Origin: Callorhinchus milii
Taxonomy: Eukaryota
Reading direction: 5' to 3'
Length of the DNA stretch: 64,000 bases
NCBI RefSeq assembly: GCF_018977255.1
Contig: NW_024704743.1
Span: forward strand, 38,628,001-38,692,000
Each line of letters starts with the position of its first letter. The first letter of the stretch is position 1. This document shows, piece by piece, positions 49,791 through 61,539 of the stretch. Position numbers and translations under genes: made by a program. The notes beneath the pieces were generated by a model that was not told the DNA's origin, ran no database searches, and worked only from the letters and a program-made list of their open reading frames with translations.

Positions 49791-50424
49791 ACAAAGGTAG
49801 TGTGTGACATACCAGCCACATTGATGTTCTAGAGATTCAAGTCCAATGCCGTTTACTCAGTGTTAGTTTAATCTACATCCTCATATGAGGTATTTTTGCT
49901 CTACAAGAGTTGGACAATAGTTTGTTAATTCAATGATCATTATTGATTCTTTCTGAAAACTCCCATTCTGAGAGACAATATATCGAAAAACATACCTTAA
50001 AATTATTTTCAACAAAATTTCAGTGATGTTGATCCAATCCTGAGCACATGGGATCACCATTTGAATGATATCCTTATCATGTAACAAGACTAAAAGCTAG
50101 TCTTGTTACATGACAAAATGTCACTTAGAGTTTTTGGACTGAACCTTTTAAACAAAATATGGTAAGTTTAGATATCATTGTGCTCAGACAGACTGTTGTT
50201 TCAACAACAAAGTATTTATGGTGTGCTGACCTGCCAGTATCATTGAAGTCTTTTGCTTGTTAAAGCTGGTGCATGGTGACTTGTGTTGTATTAAAATTCA
50301 GAAATTTGGAGCACTGTCTCTAACTCAGATATCTACTTCAATGCTCAAATTGTATAAGTCAGTTAAAAAAAAGTTTTTTTAATTTGGTTAGCTGTATTTC
50401 TTATACATACAGAAACCCATCGCA

Positions 50425-52150
50425 ATGCTTAAGAATATCCCAACCAAACTACTGAGAGTTCTAAGTACGTATGGTTTCCATTTATCTGGTACAAAATTCG
50501 ACTGGGTCCTAAACGGACTATTTTTNCTTAATCCTGGAGAGTTTAGGTGCAGGTTGGCAAGCGCCTTTAAGCGCTCTGAGACTCTACCTGCATGGAGGGC
50601 GCTATATAAGTGGAAGTTGTTGTTGTTGTTGGCAAGAGCCAAGACTTGGGACCCTGACTGTACGTTGGTGTAACTAGCTAAAACTGTGCAGCTTACCATT
50701 GCAAACAAAGGCAAGCTTCCTGCAGCTTATCTAGGACTGATCTACGTGTTACAACAATAACAACTTGCAATTATATAGTGCCCTCCACGCAGGGTAGAGC
50801 CACCGAGTGCTTGACAAATGGCGGAGCATGACTCCGAGCCGGCACGGTAACGCCTTCCAGCAGCTGTCACCCCAAATCTCAGAGTTTCCTCATCAGCTAT
50901 CTGAGGGGCATCTGCCTTCAGCTTGGTGAGAGGCCCTTTACAGGGCAGCTTGTGATGTGCCAATTACTTACCTTGATGTTTTTGAGGTCCCAGTTTAATG
51001 CTGTGATTCAGGTTTGATCAATACCAGCTGCTTAATCCAGGTCCTCATGCGTGGGGCCTTGGCAAATAGACTTGATCACTGTGAAGCCGCCTCCACCTCC
51101 AGGGAACTTAGTGACAGGTCAGTGTAGGCCAGAGCTCTCCCTCCCTGTAGTCGCTTCCCTTGTTTTCCACAAATCCACCTCACTGCTTGATCCTGGACTT
51201 TGCAAATGGGCCATAAGAAGCACCTCCACTGCATTCCCAGGAGTTCAGATCCATAAAGGACTGTTTGCACACAGGTCTTGTATGCCTTAAGCTTGACCTG
51301 CATTGGGACCTTGCTGTCCTTGAAGACAGATGAGCATGACCAGACTGCCTTTCACCCCTTCTCTGCATGTCCTTCACAACAGTCAAGCAAAAGTTGGTGT
51401 CCACCATAATCCCCAGGTATTGATAAGAATCAACAATTGGGACTGATGCCCCTTATATTTTCTAATCAATACACCTCATGTCTTCTCTTAAGCCGTGCAG
51501 AACCATGATTCTGCAGAAGGTCCACGGGTGAGTCAGCCAACAGCACAATATCATCCACAAACAGAATCGCTGCAATCCTGTCAGAAAGGCCTGGAACAGA
51601 TACACCAAATCCGTTCGCCTCAATGCCATCCAACACGTCATTGATGAACACATCAAATAGGGTGGGTGGCAATGGCCAGCCTCGCCTTACCCCAATTTCA
51701 AGAGGGTTGGGCTCAGTGAGTCAACTATTAACCCTTCCCCAATCCTCACACTGGAATAGGATATTTTGGATAAAATGTAAAATTTGGTTATGTGTTCCCA
51801 TGGCTTCCAGTTTCATCATGAGACTTCAAGAGGTAATAGGTCGAAAGCCTTGTAGAAGTCAATGAATGCAACGTAGGTAGATTTCCTGATCAAACCTCAA
51901 AGAACCTCCAATGCAGGCAATACATGTGTAGTGACTACCTGAAGCACCACTTTAAGAGCTACTGAAATCAGTGAGATCCTTTTGTAGTTCTCAGTCTCAC
52001 TAGAGTCATCCTTCTTGTGGAGAGATACCACAATTGCACTCTGGAACCTTGACGGAGTGCATGTTTCAGGGAGGGTTATGTTGATAGTGCTTGGAAGATG
52101 GTTCCAAGGCGAGTTGGAGATTCCTTGCTTGGATCTGGGTACATAAGTCA
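50425..52150 (-). mobile_element. Decayed RTE/RTEX-like non-LTR retrotransposon (RT domain to 3' UTR)
   Basis: Minus-strand peptides in order: PSRFQSAIVVSLHKKDD...ENYKRISLISVALKV, TYVAFIDFYKAFD, IGVRRGWPLPPTLFDVFINDV, ILFVDDIVLLADS, IVDSYQYLGIMV. These are non-LTR RT motifs distinct from the L2 and CR1 copies. The clade assignment is inference. Confidence 0.75.
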
Positions 52151-52589
52151 ACATTGGTACATAAAACAACACTTGGTGGCAAATTTAGAATGTTTCTTTC
52201 TCCAGTACTGGTGCCTCATCTTCATGAGCACATTTCAGCACTAATCTTTAGTCTTACTGTATGACCAAGTGGTGGAAGGAATTTAACCGTTAGCCTATTT
52301 CTTGTGTAGAGTACATTGTTTAACAGTACTCTATGAAGCTGCAAGCTGGATCCACAAGTGTAAACACCAGTCTGGGACTTAACTGTCAACTCACATTCTG
52401 AGACATTCTGAAAACTTCCAGCTGTGCTACTTATAATAGAAGTACAAAAGGAAAGCCTGTCATATCCTTCCTTCAAATGGAGACTATTTCAGGCACTCTG
52501 TATTGTTCATTGTGTCTAGTAGGCACAGCAGATGTGTAAGACAGAATGCATTCAAATGCACGAAATGGCGTAAGCTGATACAAAGAATG

Positions 52590-53065
52590 TACAGCACGGA
52601 AACAGGCTATTTGACCCAACCAGTTTGTGTTGGTATTTATACTGCACACAAGTCTTTGCCCATTCCTTACTCTGCAGAAATGAATTATTTGTTCTAATAT
52701 AATGCAAACTTAAGTAGGCATAAATACGTACTCTTAATTTATTGAATGCTGAACATTCTTCATTTTCCCTGTGTTTCAATATCATTTTCATTCTTTTGAT
52801 GCCTGGGAGCACTGTGCACCTTTAGAGTATACATGGACATCCTTGGATGTCTTTACTGCTTAGGCAAAGTGACTCTCTTACCCTAGTGTCCTGATCTCAA
52901 GCACCCTTTCTGCTCACCTGTTCTACATTAGAAGATTTCCTCTGTACATTTGTATATCTAAATAGCTCAGGTGTTGATCACCCTCAGAGTAAAGTAATGC
53001 TTCCTGATGTCTGTCTGAAAACTGACAATCACCCTTTATCTGTGCCCTCTTATCCTGCTGTTTTG
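52590..53065 (-). mobile_element. Highly decayed CR1 3' remnants
   Basis: cagcacggaaacaggctatttgaccca (3' UTR), and ttcctgatgtctgtctgaaa / tgtgccctct encoding RGH...FQTDIRKHYFTLRVINT. Confidence 0.5.
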
Positions 53066-54687
53066 TGATTTCCTTGATTCTGTATTGTGCTTGATGGCCT
53101 GGACGAGACAGGCCAAGTGTTGCTGAGAGAGAATCCAAGTGTACTGTTAGTTCATCCTGGCACCTCTCAGTGTGTGATGTGATGTCCTGCAGGCATAGAC
53201 ACACTCAGTGATGAACTTTACCACACTCTGTAGACCGATGAAGGAAAACATTTTGATTTTATGTGGCCATAGCATCAACAATCCACATGAACAGTGGATA
53301 TTCTGCAAAGATGGAAAATCAACAGATGTTCCCAATGGAAAAATCTATACATAAAAGGATTTTAATTAGATTTTGAAGGTGAAATGAACAAATAACTTCA
53401 ATCTGGCAATCCCAGTGCTAGATGTGATTGAGCCTTTCTTTGAGATGTTAAGAATGTGTACAATCTACTATCTGCTTGGGTAATTCTGTAATGCAGTATT
53501 TTACTCTCTGTAACTTCAAAACCGAGAATTACCAAGAATAGATATTTCCTTGCTTATGTTCTGAATAATAGTTAATAAAATAATAGTACCTATAACTTCA
53601 AACATATAAAAGTGTATCATAGGTACATGCAATTACTGTCAAGTGGAATAACTATATTTGTAGGTAAAATGTGGCAGCCCCAATTTGCTTACAGCAAAGT
53701 ACACACTTAGTCATGAAGTGAATAGGATTACAAAAATTTGTACTCATATTCATAATATTTAATATTGTAAGGGAGTAATATAGTTGGATTTGGTTATTAT
53801 ATCTTTACTTTATTCAGCATTACCATTGGGAAGCCCTAATAAAAATTCTTATTAACATTAGAAACGATAATCTGAATAATCGCTTTCAGTCTACAGCAGC
53901 AATCACAAGGTAAACATAAAATTGATGCATTCCCTTGCCCCATAGACTACTGAGAATTGTACCTCCAGAGCTTTACTACAATACAGATAGCTGCTCCGAT
54001 CACACAATTGATGGGACATGTTTATTTACCTTTATTACAGGTTATAACACTTGTAAAATTAGAAGAACCCCTTTAGTTTTCAGCATTTTATAATTTTATC
54101 GAGAACGTTCCTTTCTGGAGTTAGTTTTCAAGAAGTGACTAAGAACTGGTACAGATCTCTCTGATTTGGGGGAAATCAGCTGTTTGCAATATCCCACTAA
54201 GGCATGTAATTCTCACACAAATGCTGTTTAAATCATAAATTATGCTTCCCCGGTAGCTCAATTGGTAAATTTGCTGCCAACAGTGGTATAGGCCAACATA
54301 CCCTCAATGATTAGTCCCCAATGGAGCCAGGTTGGTGCTTGTGTTCAGGAGAGATATTGTAGGTGTAAAGCATTCAGCAAAATGTCACAAGCTTGTTTTC
54401 ACAAAGGGGACAGGGGACATGACTAGAACTGTGTTAGCTGAGTAGAGGGATGGGCAGAGGAGTGGGGTACAAGCATATCAGAGAGGTAAGGAGATACAAG
54501 ATCTACATCTGAGTGTGAGGACCTTGAAATCAATCCATTTGGGACAGGAGGACAGTTTTCACATAGCCTCATGGGATCACTAGCGTCTATCTGAAAAATG
54601 TGCAGATGGTACCATGGTTTAACGTCTCATCTGAAGGGCACCTTCTACAATGCAGTGCTCTCTCTGCAATACACAAAATTAGCCTAA

Positions 54688-55567
54688 CGTAATATAACAT
54701 AACATGTAGGAGCAGAAGTAGGCCATTCGGCCCTTCGAGCCTGCCCCGCCATTCAATCATGGCTGATCTTCTAATCTAACTCCAGCTAATAACCTAACCC
54801 TGCCTTATCCCCATATCCTTAATCCCTTTTGCAATAAGAAATCTATCTATCTCAGTCTTGAATATGTTCAAGGACTGAGCGTCAACAGCCCTTTGGGGTA
54901 GCGAGTTCCATACATTCACCACTCTTTGAGTGAAGAAGTTCTTCCTCAACTCAGTGCGAAAGGGCTGGTCTCTGATTTTAAGGTTGTGACCCCTGGTTTT
55001 AGTTTCTCCAACCAGGGGAAACAATCTCCCACTATCTGCTCTATCATGCCCTTTGATGATCTTATAGGTTTCTATAAGATCCCCTCTAATTCTTCTATAT
55101 TCTAGAGAATATAGGCCCAAATTGGTCAGCCTATCCTTGTAGCTCATCCCCTTCATCCCTGGTACTAACCTAGTAAATATACACTGCACCCTCTCCAAGC
55201 CAAGTACATCTTTCCTTAAATAAGGAGACTAAAACTGCACACAGTATTCCAGGTGTGGTCTCACCGGGGCCCTATACAGTTGCAGCAAGACTTCCCTACT
55301 CTTATACTCTAATCCTTTCATAATGAATGCTAACATACCGTTCGCCTTCCTACTTGCTCGCTGCACCTGCAAACTAACTTTCTGTGATTGGTGTACAAGG
55401 ACACCCAAGTCCCTCTGGACGCTAACACATTCCAATCTCTCCCCTTCTAAAAAATAACCCACTCTACTGTTTTTGCTACCTTGGTGGATGACTTTGCACT
55501 TCTCTACATTATACTTCATCTGCCACCTATCTGCCCAATCACCTAACCTATCTATGTCTCGCTGCAA
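54688..55567 (-). mobile_element. CR1 LINE, 5'-truncated, relatively young, nested in a Deu-SINE
   Basis: ORFs 55229..55606 and 54794..55198 give LQRDIDRLGDWADRWQMKYNVEKCKV...QRDLGVLV...RPHLEYCVQF and ERVQ...GLYSLEYRRIRGDLIETYKII...TRGHNLK...FFTQRVVNVWNSLP. (atgtt)n tail at about 54690-54705. Confidence 0.95.
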
Positions 55568-56904
55568 GACTATGAGCTCTGGATTTAACCTGGGGCTTGT
55601 ACTCACAACCTTCTAACCCAGAGGCAAGAGCCTTACTAAATGATTCAATCTGATAACATTTTACATATTTTATTTCTGCTGACTTTTTAGAAGTTTGAAC
55701 ATATTGTCAAGTATTGTGTTTTTAGCCATCATTTCTTGTATTTTTAGTGTTTTACACCCAAGTGATAAGTGACTAAAGAAACAGGGATATTTGTTTGGCT
55801 GGCAAACAACTAATGATTCCACCAGCATCTTGGAAATGCAATTATACGATTCCTGGGAATGGCACAGAGGATTTATAGGATCAATGTTTTATTTACTTTT
55901 ATTATTTTTTCTTGTCATGGCAGTTCAGTCCCATGTACTTGCCCACAGATAAGACAGCTGACCGCTGAACTATAGGCTGCTGACAGGACTGCCAACAGCA
56001 ACGATCTTCAATGTTGAACCGATAGACTATATCCTATGGGACGAGGCAGATGCAGCAGTAAACAGTCCTACTATGGGGTGGCTCGCCCATAAGGTCAGAG
56101 GAGAATTGAATAAATAACAGATATGTGACAAATGATCATCTAACCCTGAGATGATGGCAAAATAATATCTTCATACCACATTTTCGAAGATCCACCGACT
56201 AATGTGGTGTTCCTTTGGATCAGATACTGGGACAGGCTGCACACAAAACCCAGCCTCAAGTCTGAGTTTATGCAAATGTAGCCAGTCCAGCAGAGCAGAT
56301 TTGGCTCAGGTTCGGCCTCTGCGTTATTTTCATAGTTGATTAACGATACTCTACACTGGCTCAATCTCCTTGCCAGCATGCACAGAAGGAGACGCTCAGA
56401 CTGGCCAGTGATTCTCAGCAACCTTTGCTTCTGAGCAGCATGAAGAGCAGTGAGTCACTATACGGATACTGGAACAGTGGAAGAGTTGGCTGTGGAAACC
56501 TGATTCTTTTCTTCAGTAGCTGTATTTATACTGTACAGTGAAACGCGACATTCAAACTTCCTGTAGAGATTGCTTCTCAATGGCAACATTTATAAAATAT
56601 GCATTTTGCTACCAGTGTTTGACAACGAGTGAAATACTGAGTTTGGAAATGTCAGCCTTGAAAAGGAATACATGGAAGTTTTTTTTTAAACATTCTGCCC
56701 TTTCTCTATATGAGCTTAGTTTATTGAAGAAATGTGCATGGTCTATTAAAATAATGATATATGCTCACTTTCATCAATATACGTTTCACTCACAAAATAT
56801 ACAGTCAATTCACTTCACAGTATATTCTATGAAGCACGTTGAGATATCTCGAAGGTGCTGTATCAAATGCAAGGGTTATTATATTACTGCACCATTACAT
56901 CAAA

Positions 56905-57222
56905 TGTGGTAGCCAATTTGCACACAGTTGCACTCAGAAAACCTTGAAGTCAATGATCAATTTTATCCGGTGGATTGCTGGCCAGGACACTGGGGGAAAC
57001 TCCTTTATTTATTAGAGTAGTGCAATGTCCAGCCGAGCAGGCAGACAAGTCCTTGGTTTTAACATCTCATCTGAAGAACCGCATTTGCAACAATGCAACA
57101 ATTCCCCAACACTGCCTTGGGGTATCAAATTAGACTGTGAGTACAAAGGCCCAACATGGGGCTTGAACGCACAATCTTCTGACTCATAGGCAAGAGCGCT
57201 ACGAACTGAGCCAGGCTGACAC
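56905..57222 (-). mobile_element. tRNA/Deu SINE
   Basis: ttgctggccaggacac...ggttttaacatctcatctgaag...gggcttgaacgcacaatcttctgactcataggcaagagcgctacgaactgagccaggctgacac. Confidence 0.85.
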
Positions 57223-57384
57223 AAACTGACAGTAATTTCTTTGGTACATCAAAATGTCAATAAATCTGGATATCAGTAATCAGTACATTGACAGTATTGC
57301 ATTAGTGCATCAATATTCCAACATATCAGGACATAAGTGCAATAGGATCTCAACATAATATATGGTTAGAGATATAGCTCAGTA

Positions 57385-57842
57385 GAACAAATTGCTTTTA
57401 TATGGCATCTATCACATTGGGAGGATATCTCAGGCTGCTGGACAGTAAAGACGTTGTACACAAGCTGAGGCCCATGGCGATGGGTTGGAGGGGGTGGGGG
57501 GGGGTGATGTGGGGTGCCGTCAAAGAGGAAGGTCTTGAGAAGAACCTTGAAGGAGGCTAGGGAATCAATGAGGAGAAGGGACTCTGGGATGGAGTTCCAG
57601 AGAGAGGTATCAGAAAGGCTTAAGGCCCGATTTCTGATGGTGGGCTAGGCAGGGCACTGGATGTGAACCAGGCCACTGCCTGCTGAGAAGAGGGAGCGGA
57701 CAGGTTGATAGAGTCTAAGAAGGTCACAGAGGCAGGGAGGAACAAGATGGTGAAGAGATTTGAAAGTGAGTAAGCAGATTTTGAACTCAATCCTTTGGGG
57801 GATGAGGAGTTAATGGAGCTGGATGAGGATGGAGGTGATATG
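57385..57842 (-). mobile_element. L2 3' fragment
   Basis: gtcaaagaggaaggtcttgaga...gggatggagttccagag...ttgaactcaatcctttgggggatgagg is collinear with the 10458 copy. Confidence 0.85.
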
Positions 57843-58729
57843 CTTGCAAGAGTATCACTATATCAAGATATAATGCAATTCTATTACTTTTAGCTGTCTC
57901 TGGATGACTCACTCAAAGGAGACAATGCAGAGCACCCTCCAGCAGTACATTGGAGTGTCAGACTCGAGCAAGTGAGTTCAAATACTGAAATGGGGCTTGA
58001 ATTCGCAACCTTTTGACTCAGAGGTGACTACACTTTACAGTAAATTCTGTGAAATGCTTTGAGATGTCCTCCTGGTATGAAAAGCCCTATAAGAAATGCA
58101 AGAATTCTTCTTATTATTGTTTTTATTATTATAAACCACAATATGATCCATCCATTCTATTATACCATTAGGAAGGTTTATGTTGTTACCTGTGTCCTTA
58201 ATGCATATTAGGGAAACATCCTAACCGGTAACTAAAATTAATTTATTAGGTTTTTACTTATTGGTCTTGGCTGAAATTAAAAATTATCTAGTAGAATAAA
58301 TAAACAGCAACAACAATAATAATAATCCTTGCATTTGATATAGCGCCTTATCACGTCTTTGAAACATTTCAAAGCACTTCACAGCATATACTGTTAAGTG
58401 ACTTGATTGTATATTTTGTGGGTTTATGTCATGGTTTAATGTTTGATATCACTTTATGGCAAAACAAAACCAAGTTTGGTAACAGCCTGATTATATAGTA
58501 TGTTATATACCCTACTTCATTCATTTACATCAGGCAGGCAAGTTCAGTAAAGGTGGTTTACTTTCCTATCCACGGTACGGTAATTACTAATGAAATGCAA
58601 CAGTTCAAGTTGGGCACCAGTGGTTTACACATCTCCTGCTATTGGTGACTCTCCTTAGACTATAGCGATCATGAGATGGTATTGAAAACCCTTCCTTGGG
58701 GAAAGCCTGAGTCTGAAGGTCTGTGAGCG

Positions 58730-59082
58730 GCTAAGGCCATATCAACCTTTCCACTTCCTCTGTCAGCAGGCTCTGGCCTGCGCCACGACCTCCGCTCACT
58801 TGCCCCATCGGCGGTCAGGTCTTTAGTCTCTCTGCCCCCATTCTCTGGAACTCCATCCCATAGTCTCTTCACCTTGCTCCCTCCCTTGCCTCCTTCAAGG
58901 TACATCTAAAGACCCTCCCCTTCGATCGTGCTTTTGGCTACCCTCCAACCCCTACCCTCCCTGCCCTCCATCCCTCCTGATCCCATACACTTGCTCAGGT
59001 CCAAATACCTGACTCTACAGCACTATGGGACGTCCTCCCAAAGTGAAAGACGCTATACAAATGTAATTTGTTGTTGTTGTTG
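58730..59082 (+). mobile_element. L2 3' fragment (sense orientation)
   Basis: ctctggaactccatccc...tccttcaaggtacatctaaagaccc...gggacgtcctcccaaagtgaaagacgctatacaaatgtaatt(tgt)n. Confidence 0.88.
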
Positions 59083-60099
59083 AAATATTGTGTTACTAGT
59101 GCCTTGTCACCAAAATACGTGCTTTGTGATATGAACAACGGGAAAAATCTTTTACATCATACTGTTTTGTGAAACCTTGTTTCTGACCCAGGTCACTTGG
59201 GAGCCAAGGACTTATGCGACAGTGTGTCTGACGTACAAGGTCATCCTTGCTGAAAATCTAACTTACATTGCAAGGTGGTTTTTTTCCAGGGTATAAGCTA
59301 CCACATTCTAAAGTAATGGCTTCCCAGCCCCAATATCACTTGCTTTGTTTGTACATAAACTATTTTCCTTGATATATACTCATTCTCTGTGCTTGTGTCA
59401 ATTTGTATGTAATCTGCATATAGCAACATTCTCATTCGTAATGAATCATTTGAGTTCAAATTCTCAGAAGTCATATTTAGAATGAACAACGGTTTGACCA
59501 GGTCACACCTGGAACAATGTCTTTAGTTACAGTTACTGCAACAGAGGTTTCTGAGGCCCTCGAGGTCCTCCTCCTCATGAAAGGTGGTAGAAGAGAACAA
59601 TAAGGTGATCTCCAGTTGTGTAGGGTGAGATATACCCTATAAGGAACAAGCTGAACCAGGGCCCTTCAGGCTTGAGAAGAGATGTAACAGAAAGGCCGTT
59701 ATCCAGCTTTTTTACATTATATAGCACCTGCCACATTGAAATTGCTCAAAACACTTCATAGGTAATAGCTATAAGGTGTATTGAGTGTTTTAGAGACACA
59801 GCAGATAGTTTGCACATTGCATGGTCCCACAAACAGCCATGGCTTCAATGACCATATTACTTGGCCAGGACACCGGGATAAACTCCCTTTAACTTCCAGT
59901 AAGATAGACCCGAAGACTCTGGCCATTCAGTAAAAACTAGGTGCCATGTCAATGGGACTAGGAGAGATCTAGGAGAACGAGGATCTCGGCTGACCAGGGC
60001 AAATAAACCTTGGAACACTATTGCTAAGAAAACAAATCCCACAGGACCTTAAAGATACAAGGTTAAAACACAATGGCTATGTTCGGCCCCTGAGTGGAG

Positions 60100-60498
60100 C
60101 AACAACAACAAATTGCATTTATTTTGCACTTTTCATGTCTGGAGGACATCCCACGGGTTTGCACCCAAGCTAGTGGTTTGAATCAAGAGGAGTGGAGGGC
60201 AACAACGGTGGGATCGGAGGATGACTGAAGACATGGTGAAAGAGGAAGGTCATGAAACAGGCCTTGAAGGATGCAAGGGAGGAAATGAGGTGAAGGGTTT
60301 CCGGGATGGAGTTACAGAGGGCGGGGGCAGAAAGCCTTGAATGCCTGTCTGCCGCTGATGGGGTGGGCAGAGTGGGGGACATTGAATGGGTCAGTGCCTG
60401 TCGAGCAGTGGGAATGGGCAGGTTGGTAAGGTTTTGGTAGGTCACAGAGGTACGGAGGAGCAAGACCACGAAAGGCTTGGAAAGTGAGGATGAGGATA
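60100..60498 (-). mobile_element. L2 3' fragment
   Basis: (caa)n tail. ORFs show ILILTFQAFRGLAPPYLCDL and APALCNSIP...SLASFKACFMTFLF. Confidence 0.88.
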
Positions 60499-61539
60499 AA
60501 CCACTTACCTGCTAAGGAGCGCCACCTATTGGTATTCCTAAATGCCTTCATGAAGAAAAAAGTTCAAAAACATTTTGAATCCTGCAACATTTACCCCATT
60601 GTTTTAATACGTCATAAACTGCAACCATAACAACCGCCTGCTTGGAATGGCTTGGGAGTAATCTTAAAATCACACCTTTGAAACTGAGCTGAAACTTCTA
60701 TAATGACAGCACACTTACAGTTCTATTAACATCTTTCACACTATAATTGGTCATTCGCTAAGTAAACAAGAATTTCAGGCTTGCACGATGGAAATTTTCC
60801 AACACCACCCATGGCCTTTAACCCTTTTTCCCCTCAATAAGCTACACGTCTCCAGCAAATCTGTAATGGGCAGCAGGGTGGCGGAGACCTAAGGGTACAA
60901 CAGATGCAATCATTGCTTAAGAATTTGTAGATACAAAATCTATCGCAACCTGTGCTCCTTTGCTGTGTGGAAGTGAAGGGAAAAGATTGTATGTTAGGAG
61001 TGGTTTGGCAAGCTACATGGAAATATTTGTAATGAGGCTCATTGTGTTTTACTGTATTGGCATTTGCTTTCCTGTGTGCTATATCTCTCACTTCCGTGAT
61101 ATGGAAACTGCCACCCAGCTTCTTTGTGACCGGCTTGGTGTGTGAAGGTTGGGAGCTAGCCACTATGTACGATCACACAATTGTTTCGATTCAGACACAA
61201 GAATTTTATTTTAATAAAAAGGCCTGGCTATTTAATCTCCAATTCTAGAACAAAAACGTATTGTTAGCTGCAAAGCTACAAGATTTCCCTTTATTTATGT
61301 AGAATGGGCTGCTTGCCAAGCTCATAACTATAAAGAATGATAGTTTTTTAATTGGCTTGTTTTCAATAGATTGCTTTATTTAGGCATAATTTAGAGATTT
61401 TACAATTTTCAATGAGCAAATATCAGAATCTAAAATGTTTTCTTATGAGACAAGTAGAACTACACAGAGCAGAATTAAGGAAAACGTGTTTAATTCTAAG
61501 AGTTTTTTTTTGGTCAGCTGGGTGTCTGGGAAACCCATC

